A stretch of DNA of 64,000 bases from Macrostomum lignano (lineage: Eukaryota), in contig NIVC01000209.1 in NCBI GenBank assembly GCA_002269645.1, positions 1-64,000 of the forward strand. Reading direction: 5' to 3'. A program made the translations under genes and the position numbers. Below, piece by piece: positions 19,002-31,025 of this stretch. Every line of letters starts with the position of its first letter. Within the stretch, counting starts at the first letter, position 1. A model generated the notes under the pieces. It saw only the letters and a list, made by a program, of their open reading frames with translations, had not been told where the DNA came from and did not search any database.

Positions 19002-20834
19002 TTATTTGCTTGTCCTGCCCGTCGGACCAATCATCATCGGGAACTTTGTCGCCGAATCGACTCCGCTGACGTCAACTGTGGCGCTGCTGCTGCCGTATTT
19101 GTTGTTAAAACTGACGCTGATCTTTGACCCTCGACGACGAGCGTCTCGAGTATCGCCGTCTCCGGGCTGGCCTTCACGCCGAGTAGCCATGTAGCGCGTG
19201 ACCAGAATGCAGGCCAGCGAATAGCAGAATCCCACAGCCAGGCCGAGAGACACGTCCAGCACGAGGACAGACACAGCGGTCAGTAGCCAAGTGCTCAAGT
19301 CCAGGTACTTGGCTTCACGCCACAGTTTAGGAATATCAGTCACTTGTTTGAACAACCCGACTAAGGACACGACAATAACGGAGGCCAGAGCGCAGTCGGG
19401 AACAGCTTCGAACAACGGGCCAACTGCTAGCACAACCAATAGCAGGACGAGGCAGCTCACTGCTGATGCCACCTGCGACATCATGCCCGCTCCGACCACC
19501 ACAGCGCATCGAGCCAGCGCGCCAGTAGCGTAGAAGCACTGGAAGAAGCTGCCAAACAGACTGGACGTTCCCAGTACAAAAAGTTCTCCATTGTAATTAA
19601 CTTCATAGTCAAACTGCAGGGCGTACATTTTCCCGATAGACAGGGACATGGCCGCGCCGACTAAACTAACAGGCAGGCACGGGAGCAGGACGTTTGGCAT
19701 GAAGGAGAAATCCGGTACTAGCGGTAGCGGCAAGCCTCTCGGGACGGTTCCGACTACGTCAACGCCGAAGTGCGACTGCAATTGCAACGCGTGTGACGCC
19801 ACCAGCGCCGATAAAATGATGAGCAGTTCAACTGGCAGTGGAACTTTGATGCACTTTTTGACGCGCGGATTCAGGTACTCTTTCATTAAGTAGAGCGGCA
19901 CCATGCACGCAACGGAGGTGATCACGGTGGTCCAGTTAGTCGACGCGATGTCGTTAATTATTCCGGTGTAGCTGGCAATCAGTTTAACAAAGTTGTCGCC
20001 GCCAGTTGGCTGAACGCCCAGCAGCATCGGCACCTGGCTGGTGAAGATGTGCACAGCTGCTGCTGTTGTAAAGCCGCGAAGCATCGGGTTGGAGACGTAC
20101 TTCATCACAAAGCCGAGCTGCAAGGTACCAAGCGCCATGTTGATTACTGATGCCGCAAAACTGCCTAAAACGGCGACTTGAAGTCTAGCGTATTCTTCCA
20201 CGGTGAGTCCTCCGTAGTACTCATCGGAGTCGCTCGAACAGTCGGCATTTAGATTGATTTCATCAACTTCTGAGTATAAAGAGCAATTACTTATGGTGCT
20301 GTTAGAGCCCGGAAGCTGGTCCATGTACTGACGATAGGTCGTTCCGATCATGTCCGCTAGCAGCAGCGAGGTCAGCGAGAAAGTGCCTAGCGATAAGTGA
20401 CGTGACCTCCCTAGCAGAGAGTAGAGAGCCACGGGTATCAGCGAAGTGTACAGGCCGTTGATGGGTCTTAGACCGGCCAGTAAGCCATAGGCCAGGCCTT
20501 GTGGTATGTGAAAGACGCTCATTGTTAACCCGGCGAGCAGGTCCGACACCAGAGCTTTGCTTGAGTAGCTTCCGCCAGAGATCAGGGAATAGAACGGAAA
20601 CAGCAGCTCGAACAAGCTCCCGGCTCGGTGCTTCAGCGCTACCATCGTTGGCTCGCTGCAGCAGGAGTTGCAGCAATTACTGCAGCGACCGCGAAACGGC
20701 TTCTTACCGAGCAGGCCTCGTCGTCTCGTTGTTGAAGATCCGTACAGATGGTGCAAATCGTCCGACAACAGCGGAACTGTTTCCGATCGAGTGCTCTCCA
20801 ACAGGTCAGCCTCTGATTCAGTTGCCGCTGTCAT
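19002..20834 (-). CDS. SLC26/SulP anion transporter paralogue 1, intronless, lacking STAS domain (610 aa)
   Basis: HIPQGLAYGLLA, NGLYTSL, GRSRHLSLGTFS, GFTTAAA and FFQCF motifs. After the last TM segment (LAVGFCYSLACILV) there is an unrelated ~60-aa tail and a stop. Confidence 0.9.
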   Translation of the reverse strand: MTAATESEADLLESTRSETVPLLSDDLHHLYGSSTTRRRGLLGKKPFRGRCSNCCNSCCSEPTMVALKHRAGSLFELLFPFYSLISGGSYSSKALVSDLLAGLTMSVFHIPQGLAYGLLAGLRPINGLYTSLIPVALYSLLGRSRHLSLGTFSLTSLLLADMIGTTYRQYMDQLPGSNSTISNCSLYSEVDEINLNADCSSDSDEYYGGLTVEEYARLQVAVLGSFAASVINMALGTLQLGFVMKYVSNPMLRGFTTAAAVHIFTSQVPMLLGVQPTGGDNFVKLIASYTGIINDIASTNWTTVITSVACMVPLYLMKEYLNPRVKKCIKVPLPVELLIILSALVASHALQLQSHFGVDVVGTVPRGLPLPLVPDFSFMPNVLLPCLPVSLVGAAMSLSIGKMYALQFDYEVNYNGELFVLGTSSLFGSFFQCFYATGALARCAVVVGAGMMSQVASAVSCLVLLLVVLAVGPLFEAVPDCALASVIVVSLVGLFKQVTDIPKLWREAKYLDLSTWLLTAVSVLVLDVSLGLAVGFCYSLACILVTRYMATRREGQPGDGDTRDARRRGSKISVSFNNKYGSSSATVDVSGVDSATKFPMMIGPTGRTSK

Positions 20835-21529
20835 GATCTCCCCGCGGAGCCTGTCCGACGAAATTCCTTGCTAAAAATGCGACTAACAGTTTTTTTGTGA
20901 GCATTAGAAGGAGCTCCTTTCACGCTAAACTAGGTCGAACGAAACGCTTAAGAAAAGAAGCGGAGAGGGAGAGAGAGAGAGAGAGATAGCCATGAGATTC
21001 AAACTGGTTGCAACGCCTATTCCAGACTGATCTTCTTATCAATGTGAGCATTTGAGCGCGGTTTCTGATTGCACGTTGGGGGAGCGCCTGCCGTTAGTCT
21101 CTTAAAATCTAAAAAGCGGTCTTCTACGACACCAATAGCCGTTGTTAATTGTCTGTACGGTGGGTGTATAACTGGTTTTCAGTTTATTGCACCTACGTAT
21201 TAACTATTTTTACTGAAGTAACTTAATGAATGATCGTAACTTGGTGTACAACTATAGAAGTCGTCTTATCTATAGGTAGGGAAAGTGATTATTATTTCAG
21301 CAGGTAACAGTAGCTAGAGAGACCAGACTAATGTACACCTTTTTAGCGAACACCTGGGCTATTCCCGCACCTGAAAAGCGAGAAAACTTGCGCGGTCTTT
21401 GCTGAAAAAGTGAAGCGCGTCTAAAAACTCCGAAGAGTATTTGGTCATCGGCATGCAGTGTAAGTGCTTTTAGTTCTCGCTAACGCATGAAAAATGATCT
21501 TCTAGTTTGGAAATTACTCGACTAAAGCT

Positions 21530-22129
21530 GATCGCGACTTGGCCTTACTTTCGATCGAAGTCTTCAAGACGCGACTTGGCATTATTTTTGATCGAAGTCT
21601 TCAAGACGCGACTTGGCATTATTTTTGATCGAAGTCTTCAGACGCGACTTGGCATTATTTTTGATCGAAGTCTTCAGACGCGACTTGGCCTTACTTTCGA
21701 TCGAAGTCTTCAAGACGCGACTTGTCCTTAGTTTTCGATCTACGTCTTTAAGACATGACTTGGCCTTACTATTCGATCGAAGTGTTTAAGACATGACTTG
21801 GCCTTACTATTCGATCGAAGTGTTTAAGACATGACTTGGCCTTACTATTCGATCGAAGTGTTTAAGACATGACTTGGCCTTACTATTCGATCGACAGGTT
21901 TAAGACACGACTTGGCCTTACTATTCGATCGACGTCTTCAAGACGCGACTTGTCCTTAGTTTTCGATCTACGTCTTTAAGACATGACTTGGCCTTACTAT
22001 TCGATCGAAGTGTTTAAGACATGACTTGGCCTTACTATTCGATCGACATGTTTAAGACACGACTTGGCCTTACTATTCGATCGAAGTCTTCAAGACACGA
22101 CTTGGACTTACTATTCGATCGATGTCTTT
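21530..22129. repeat. Minisatellite, 36-38-bp unit (GACATGACTTGGCCTTACTATTCGATCGAAGTGTTTAA)
   Basis: About 16 tandem copies; about 1.3 further units at 24140-24190. Confidence 0.95.
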
Positions 22130-24139
22130 CGTTGTGTGTGTGCTTTTACATGTACTTTATACAAAGTATACAAATTACAAATACAAATTATTAATATTTT
22201 CTGTTCAGCCATAGACATGCTTTGGAACTCACGCTCTACAGGTATGAGCTTGAAGCCAGCGATCGCTATCTAAAAATACACAAGACAGGGAATTCTAAAT
22301 CCTACTGGAATGACAACTGAAACAGAGGTGAGGACTTTTTTATACAAGATAAGGCTTACTGCGATTGCCACAGACATAGGATTTTTTTGCCGCATCAACT
22401 TAGACTGCCACTAAGAAGAATCATCTTCGTTCACCTTATTTTGTCTTAGTCTGCTTACAAGCACTAATATGCCAGATTGACTTTCCTGAAGCCAAGTCTC
22501 TGCGTCCTCTGCAGAAGTTTTGCGTCCTCTGCATGCCAAATAAATGCGCCGTTTTTGGCTGCAAGTCCAGCCGTGAGTCGGCAACGGCACGGTCAGCGAG
22601 GATTTCATTCCACAAGTTTCCGAATCGAGACGACCTGCTGGAAACTGGTAAAGGAGCATTTCCCGAGAAGCAACTTTCAAGCCATCGAAGCACACTCGAA
22701 TTTGCTCTCTTTACTGCACGGAATCAGATTTTATTACTGAGAATCAGGACAGCAATGCATATCGGAAAAAGAAACAACACGTAGAAGGTGCCAATCTTGT
22801 AAAAAGAATATTAAGAGAAGATGCAGTTCCCACCCAATACAGCACGACCAGCATGACATCATATTTCACAAAAACTCCACTAGCTTCGCGATCAGGAAAC
22901 GCATCTTGTCGCAACGGCGTCACGAGATCGATGTCGCACAAGTGAAACAACAAGTGAGAGATTATTTTGCCAGTGAAAGAATTCAAGGTCGCTAAGTTTT
23001 CGAAAGAGAATTGAAGCCGTCCGGATTTATTGCGCATCAACCAGCAGACACTCTCAGCATTATGCTTGGTTGCTAGAATAACTCGAGATGAAAGACAAAC
23101 TATATGCTGCGCTATTGAAACGATGAAAAACGAAAAAGGGCCTCTTGAGCGAGATGCTCTGGGTCGATATATTTAATGAGCTGAGTGAAAGCGTACAATA
23201 CACGTGAGCGTAATGTGGGGTGGGGCGATCAGTGAAGAATGAAAGTGGTGCGATCAATAATTAGGGACTGTACGTATGAGCAAAATAAATATGTTAGTCT
23301 AATTGAACGTACATGTAGCTATTGCAAACGAAAAGTTTAAGAAATACCACGAGACAATGGCAGCTCCAGAACAATGCTTATAGCTAATGGTCTACCTCCC
23401 ATGGTCAAGAGTTGCATAGCCGTGAATTGTAAGTTGGAAGTCCTAGTTTTTTATGGCAGCCGGGCAGTATCGCCAAAACAGTACAGCCACATCATTCCAG
23501 TGTCCTCAACTCTGAGTTCAGCCACGCAGCTTGTAAATTTAATGGCCTTTGTGAAGTCTGCAACTGAATCCAATGCATTCCACGTTGACCACAAAGAGGC
23601 TACATGCTCTAGATAGTCTCAAACAGTTGCTCCAGCAGGACAATTGTCCGTCAGACGGCAGTGCGCCGTCTTGCCTGGCTTTTATCACTGAGCAGCTCAA
23701 GCTGGTTGATGTGGACAAGCATGCTCGACGCTATTCACCCGAGTTGATCGTTTTCTCTTATATTCTGTTGTCTGTGAGTCCGGCTGCTTTGCTTGCTTGA
23801 CATACTCCTGTGCCTACTTGTGTTACATCTAGAAATTGATATAATTTCAACGTCTTCTTGTCGCGTTTCATTTCTGTGCTTTTGTTATTGTTTCGGAAAT
23901 ATACTTTGAAATATGATCCTTCTTTTTGAATATTCTGTGTGTTTACTTCGTACTCTTGCGATCTCTAATCTTGGCCTCATTTTGTATAACTGATATTTCA
24001 GTTGTCATTCCAGTCGCTAGATTTAGAATTCCTTGCACAAGCGCATAGGAGAGCCAAGGCTCATATTGAGTTTCGAACTCACAGTAGTTTGTGTCTCACG
24101 ACTTCAACTCGATTCAATAAAGAAGCGGAGAACACAACA
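22130..24139 (+). mobile_element. 2-kb LTR-like insertion with 5-bp TSD, containing a THAP transposase remnant
   Basis: Ends CGTTGTGT...ACACAACA, with TCTTT on both sides (22125-22129 and 24140-24144). AATAAA at ~24116. Interrupts the 38-bp minisatellite. Confidence 0.6.
22533..23800 (+). pseudogene. Degenerate THAP-domain / P-element-like transposase fragment
   Basis: MPNKCAVFGC...SFHKFP; a shifted frame gives FKPSKHTRICSL...EDAVPT. FITEQLKL...RRYSPELIVFSYILLSVSPAA resembles the P-element/THAP9 N-terminal region. Stops and frameshifts are present. Confidence 0.75.
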
Positions 24140-24309
24140 TCTTTAAGACACGGCTGGTCCTTAGTTTTCGATCTACGTCTTTAAGACGCGTGACTTCCAG
24201 AGTCGTATCCAGCTTCAAATGTACTATATATTTAATTACTCGTACATTATTAAACAACTCATGCCACTTTCCGTCCGACTCCGTTGCACCCATACCTTTC
24301 AGACAACCG

Positions 24310-27300
24310 ATGGCGGACAATACCGAAGACCTGACCTACCATGTGCACAGACCAGTCCTTGACTATGGCACTTTTGCTACAAAATATCGAGAGACATTCC
24401 GTCGAAAGCGATCCCTGCTAGAGGTTGCTCGCGATGAAGCTAAACAGCAGTGCGGAGGCTGCACCGGTCGGCACTGGGTCAGCCGTCTGCTCAACTTGGT
24501 GCCGTTAGTGAATCTGCTTCGACTTAATCAGTATAGCAGAACCGACCTGCTCTCCGACGTTGTGGCGGGGTTCACTACCTGCGTGTTCCACATACCCCAA
24601 GGCCTGGCTTACGGACTGCTAGCCAGCCTCAAACCAATCAACGGTCTGTACACGTCTCTGTTTCCCGTATTCATATTCGGCATATTCGGCCGATCGAGGC
24701 ACCTGTCTATTGGTACATTCTCTCTGATGGCTCTATTATTGTCCGACATGATCGAAGCGAACTACGAAGCTTATATACGTCGGATGCCGGGTAACTTTAG
24801 TGCACCGATGAACTACACTGGGGCTGAATATGCCAAGCTGCAAACTGCCGTGGTTGGCACTTTTGCCGCCTCTGCTATGATTCTGACGGTCGGGATTCTG
24901 CGCCTGGGATTCTTTATGCGCTACATGTCGGATGCCATGCTGAAGGGATTCACCGCCGCGGCGGCTGTTCAGGTTGTTGTCAGCCAACTGCCTCTGCTGC
25001 TCGGGATTCAGCCCGAGAGAAGCAACAGTCACTTCAGGATTGTAGCTGTGAGTTGCTATATAAGTCCCAATTCCAACTCTATAGATGTCCTATTTCTGAT
25101 GCTATAGATGTCCGATTTCGATGCTATAGATGTCCGGTTCATGATGCTATAGATATCCGATTCCTGATGCTATAGATGTCCGATTCCTGATGGTATAGAT
25201 ATCCGATTCCTGATGCTATAGATGTCCGATTCCTGATGCTATAGATATCCGATTCCTGATGCTATAGATGTCCGATTCCTGATGCTATAGATATCCGATT
25301 CCTGATGCTATAGATGTCCGATTCCTGATGCTATAGATGTCCGATTCCTGATGCTATAGATATCCGATTCCTGATGCTATAGATGTCCGATTCCTGATGC
25401 TATAGATATCCGATTCCTGATGCTATAGATGTCCGATTCCTGATACTATAGATGTCCGGTTCATGATGCTATAGATGTCCGATTCCTGATGCTATAGATA
25501 TCCGATTCCTGATGCTATAGATGTCCGATTCCTGATACTATAGATGTCCGGTTCATGATGCTATAGATGTCCGATTCCTGATGCTATAGATGTCCGATTC
25601 CTGATGCTATAGATGTCCGATTCCTGATGCTATAGATGTCCGGTTCGTGATGCTATAGATGTCCGGTTCGTGATGCTATAGATGTCCGATTCCTGATGCT
25701 ATAGATGTCCGATTCCTGATGCTATAGATGTCCGATTCCTGATGCTATAGATGTCCGGTTCGTGATGCTATAGATGTCCGATTCCTGATGCTATGGATGT
25801 CCGATTCCTGATGCTATAGATGTCCGATTCCTGATACTATAGATGTCCGGTTCGTGATGCTATAGATGTCCGATTCCTGATGCTATAGATATCCGATTCC
25901 TGATGCTATAGATGTCCGATTCCTGATACTATAGATGTCCGGTTCATGATGCTATAGATGTCCGATTCCTGATGCTATAGATGTCCGATTCCTGATGCTA
26001 TAGATGTCCGATTCCTGATGCTATAGATGTCCGGTTCGTGATGCTATAGATGTCCGGTTCGTGATGCTATAGATGTCCGATTCCTGATGCTATAGATGTC
26101 CGATTCCTGATGCTATAGATGTCCGATTCCTGATGCTATAGATGTCCGGTTCGTGATGCTATAGATGTCCGATTCCTGATGCTATGGATGTCCGATTCCT
26201 GATGCTATAGATGTCCGATTCCTGATACTATAGATGTCCGGTTCGTGATGCTATAGATGTCCGATTCCTGATGCTATAGATGTCCGATTCCTGATGCTAT
26301 AGATGTCCGATTCCTGATGCTATAGATGTCCGATCTCGATGCTATGGATGTTTGATTCCTGATGCTATAGATGTCCGATTCCTGATACTATAGATGTCCG
26401 GTTCGTGATGCTATAGATGTCCGATTCCTGATGCTATAGATGTCCGGTTTCTGATGCTATAGATGTCCGATTCCTGATGCTATAGATGTCCGATTCCTGA
26501 TGCTATAGATGTCCGATCTCGATGCTATAGATGTCCGGTTCTTGATGCTATAGATGTCCGATTCCTGATGCTATAGATGTCCGATTCCTGATGCTATAGA
26601 TGTCCGATTCCTGATGCTATAGATGTCCGATTCCTGATGCTATAGATATCCGATTCCTGATGCTATAGATGTCCGATTCCGATGCTATAGATGTCCGGTT
26701 CATGATGCTATAGATGTCCGATTCCTGATGCTATAGATGTCCGGTTCGTGATGCTATAGATGTCCGATTCCTGATGCTATAGATGTCCGATTCCTGATGC
26801 TATAGATGTCCGATCTCGATGCTATAGATGTACGGTTCTTGATGCTATAGATGTCCGATTCCTGATGCTATAGATGTCCGATTCCTGATGCTATAGATGT
26901 CCGATTCCTGATGCTATAGATGTCCGATTCCTGATGCTATAGATGTCCGATTCCTGATGCTATAGATGTCCGATTCCTGATGCTATAGATGTCTGATTCC
27001 TGATGCTATAGATGTCCGATTCCTGATGTTATAGATGTCTGATTCCTGATGCTATAGATGTCCGGTTCGTGATGCTATAGATGTCCGGTTCGTGATGCTA
27101 TAGATGTCCGATTCCTGATGCTATAGATGTCCGATTCCTGATGCTATAGATGTCCGATTCCTGATGCTATAGATGTCCAATTCCTGACGCTATAGATGTT
27201 CGATTTGACTCTATGGATGTCGGAGTTCTGATGCTATAGATGTCCAATTAATAAAAATTAGCATAATATGCGCTCATTTCCAATCCACCCTCAGAGCTTA

Positions 27301-29883
27301 ATCAACCAGTTCAAAGTGATCAAGTCCACCAACTTCGTCACTCTGGGCATATCGATCGGCTCCATTATCATTCTCTACCTCGTGAAAGAGTTCGTTAATC
27401 CGCGAGTTAAAAAGAAGATTAGAGTGCCTCTACCAATTGAACTCATCATGATTGTTATCAGTCTGCTAGTCTCAAAGTTTGCCAAATTTAACGAACAACT
27501 CCAAGTGGCCATTGTTGGCGAGGTGCCACGCGGTCTGCCATCTCCGCTGGTTCCGGATTTTGGCTTCCTGCCAGCGATGCTACCAGCGGCCATCCCGGTT
27601 GGGCTGGTTGGCGGCGTGGTCACAATGTCCCTGGCCAAGATGTACTGCCTGGAGTTTCAGTACAGCTACGATTTCAATGAGGATTTCGCCATACTGGGAG
27701 TCAGCAGTCTGGTGTCCAGCTTCTTCCAGTGCTTCTTCGCCTGCGGAGCTCTGGCCAGAAACTCTGTGGTGGTGTCGGTGAGCCTGCGGCGGCCCAGCAA
27801 CTGGGGATCTGGGAGGCTGACCCAGCAACCGGGGATCTGGGAGGCTGCATGGCCCAGCAGCTGAGGATCTGGGAGGCTGGTCCAGCAACTGGGATCTGGG
27901 AGGCTGGTGGCCCAGCAACTGACACTCTGCTATAGATGCTATAGCAGATTCCTGATGCTATAGATGTCCGATTCCGATGCCTCTTAGACGTGAGCCTTAT
28001 CGTGTCGCTTATCCCTGTCAGTGACATCCCGCGATCAGTTACATCCCGGTCAGTGACATCCCCGTCAGTTACATCCTTGTCAGTGACATCCAGATCAGTT
28101 TACATCCCGGTCAGCTACTGACCCAGTGGCCCAGCAACTGATGATCTGGGAGGCCGCTAGCCCAGCAACTGAGGATCTGGGAGGCTGGCGGCGATCCAGT
28201 AGCTATAGTAAATATGTCTGTATTTTTCTACTACCTGGTAGTAGGCACCGCGTTTTTTAAACTTATTTTATGAAAATCGGATGAAAATGAACCAAAAAGT
28301 TGTATTTTTGTTCAACCACCCGCCCAGGTAGGCATGAAGAGCCAGCTCGCCAGCCTCATCAGCTGCTCAGGCATGCTGTTAGTACTGCTAGTAATTGGGC
28401 CATTCTTCGAGACCATCCCTACCTGCGTGCTGGGCTCCATCATAGTCGTGTCGCTTATCAACGTCATGTCGCCGCTGAAAGAATTGCCGCGTATTTTTCG
28501 AGTTTCCCGCGTTGATTTCGCCGTTTTCGTTGTCTCCGGCCTGGCAGTCCTTGTCCTGGACGTGACACTTGGTTTAGTGATCGGTTTTGCTGTCACTTTG
28601 TTCTCTGTTGTGCTCAGGACTCAGCTGCCTTCGACGGCTGTGCTGGGTCGAGTCGAGGACACGGACTTGTACGAGGATTTGCAGGTCTGCCCATCGGCAA
28701 AGGCGTTGCCAGGGCTGGCCATCCTGCGTTTCAATGCGCCGCTGAATTTCGCCAACGCCGAGGCCTTCGGCGACTTTGTGATTCGACTGGGACGCGATGG
28801 CCAGACGATGGGCCAATCAGCTGAAGGTGCAGCGCCGCCTGAGGAGCCGGTGCACACCGTCGTACTGGACCGCTCACCGTGGTGCTACGTCGACATGGTG
28901 GGGGTGCGCACTCTACGGGAGGTGAGCCAGTGACATCCCTGTCAGTGACATCCCTGTCAGTGACATCCCTGTCAGTGACATCCCTGTCAGTGACATCCCT
29001 GTCAGTGACATCCCTGTCAGTGACATCCCTGTCAGTGACATCCCTGTCAGTGACATCCCTGTCAGTGACATCCCTGTCAGTGACATCCCTGTCAGTGACA
29101 TCCCTGTCAGTGACATCCCTGTCAGTGACATCCCTGTCAGTGACATCCCTGTCAGTGACATCCCTGTCATTGACATCCCTGTCAGTGACATCCCTGTCAG
29201 TGACATCCCTGTCAGTGACATCCCTGTCAGTGACATCCCTGTCAGTGACATCCCTGTCAGTGACATCCCTGTCAGTGACATCCCTGTCAGTGACATCCCT
29301 GTCAGTGACATCCCTGTCAGTGACATCCCTGTCAGTGACATCCCGATCAGTTACATCCCGGTCAGTGACATCCTAGTCAGTGAAATGAGATTCCCATGGA
29401 TTTCCAAAGAGATTCCCATGGATTTCTACAGAGATTCCCATGGATTTCTAAAGAGATTCCAATGGATTTCTAAAGAGAATCCCATGGATTTCTAGAGAGA
29501 TCTCATGAGCTTTTAAATCGCCTATCAAGAACATCTTCACGATGGCTATGAACTTCCCCAAGCAGTAAGCAATGAAAGCTTCCAAAAGAGCAACTTTTCC
29601 CCTGCATCAGGTACATCGTCAGCTGACCGATCGAGGCCAGCGACTCCTGCTGGCAGGCTGCCAAGATACGGTCAGAGCCAGCTTTGCTAAACAGGGTCTC
29701 ACACTGGAGGTGAATCCAGGATCATCTTCAGCCTGTTTTGTCAGCCTTCACGACGCGGCACTGTATGCCATGGCAACTGCATCGCAACCACAGGGTGCAC
29801 CGTTATTTAGCAATTTTGTTGTAGTTGAGGATGACGTGGAAGGCTTAATCGTGAACGATGCTGGAGTGTCTGAAGACTCTTGA
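24310..29883 (+). CDS. SLC26 anion transporter paralogue 2, 4 exons (~695 aa, with STAS)
   Basis: Exons 24310-25047, 27295-27777, 28328-28921 and 29611-29883. All joins are GT-AG, phase 0 and in frame. STAS motifs RFNAPLNFANA and VLDRSPWCYVDMVG. Confidence 0.9.
25078..27245. repeat. Intronic minisatellite, 23-bp unit (ATGCTATAGATGTCCGATTCCTG)
   Basis: About 90 near-identical copies fill intron 1 of SLC26 paralogue 2. Confidence 0.97.
28930..29372. repeat. Intronic minisatellite, 15-bp unit (CAGTGACATCCCTGT)
   Basis: About 29 copies start just after the exon 3 donor; a short 22-bp array follows at ~29388-29500. Confidence 0.97.
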
Positions 29884-30394
29884 TTCGCGTGTGAAACCTT
29901 TGCTAATTTATGTTGTTCGATCTCTATTTGCTGATTTCCTAGACTGCTGAGTACCAATTTAAATAAAGTGTTCTGATCTATAAGCGTATTTTATGCGAAA
30001 TCACAAGATACTGTTATAAAAAGGTTTGGATCCTAACACAGAGCTTCAAACCATCTTTCTAAGAAATCTGTAATCTTTTCAATTTTGGACAAAATTATAC
30101 ATCGCTTGTACATGTAGCTACTCAAAGCATATGTAACAAAAATCATTTCTAAGAAACCAACATTTTAATAAAACCAAGGCGCAGTAATTCGCTTCTCCAA
30201 AAAGCAACATAATGCGTAGTAAAACGTTTCGAAGACAACTGGATCTTGAAAACATTGCCAAATAATTTAGAGGTCATTTTAATCGCTTTAAAAAAGAGCT
30301 TGATCGTTGTTACATAGAAATCTGGAACTTTAAAGTAATTATTTCTAGGAAAACTGGAGCTTGTAAATTCAGTTTTTAAAAATCTAGGACTTTT

Positions 30395-30910
30395 ATTCAC
30401 ATTTCTAAGAAAACCAGTGCTCATTAATCGTTTCTAAGAACACCAGTAATCATTAATCGTTTCTAAGAAAACCAGTGCTTATTAATCGTTTCTAACAAAA
30501 CCTGTGCTCATTAACCGTTTCTAACAAAACCAGTGCTCATTAATCGTTTCTAAGAAAATCAGTGCTCATTATTTGTTTCTAAGAAAACCAGTGCTCATTA
30601 ATCGTTTCTAAGAAAACCAGTGCTTATTAATCGTTTCTAACAAAACCTGTGATCATTAATCGTTTCTAAGAAAACCAGTGCTCATTAATCGTTTCTAAGA
30701 AAACCAGTGCTCATTAATCGTTTCTAAGAAAACCAATGCTTATTAATCGTTTCTAACAAAACCTGGCTCGTTAATCGTTTCTAAGAAAACCAGTGCTCAT
30801 TAATCGTTTCTAAGAAAACCAGTGCTCATTAACAGTTTCTAAGAAAATCTGTGCTCATTATTCGTTTCTAACAAAACCAGTGCTAATTAATTTCTTAGAA
30901 AACCTGTGTT
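30395..30910. repeat. Minisatellite, 29-bp unit (TTTCTAAGAAAACCAGTGCTCATTAATCG)
   Basis: About 17 tandem copies. Confidence 0.93.
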
Positions 30911-31025
30911 TAATAATAATTTCTCAGAAAACTGGAGCTCAATTGTTGGTGTCTAGAAATCTGAAGATTCAAAATAATTTCTAAGAAATCTAGATCATGT
31001 ATTTTGTAATTTGAGAAAAGGTTAG

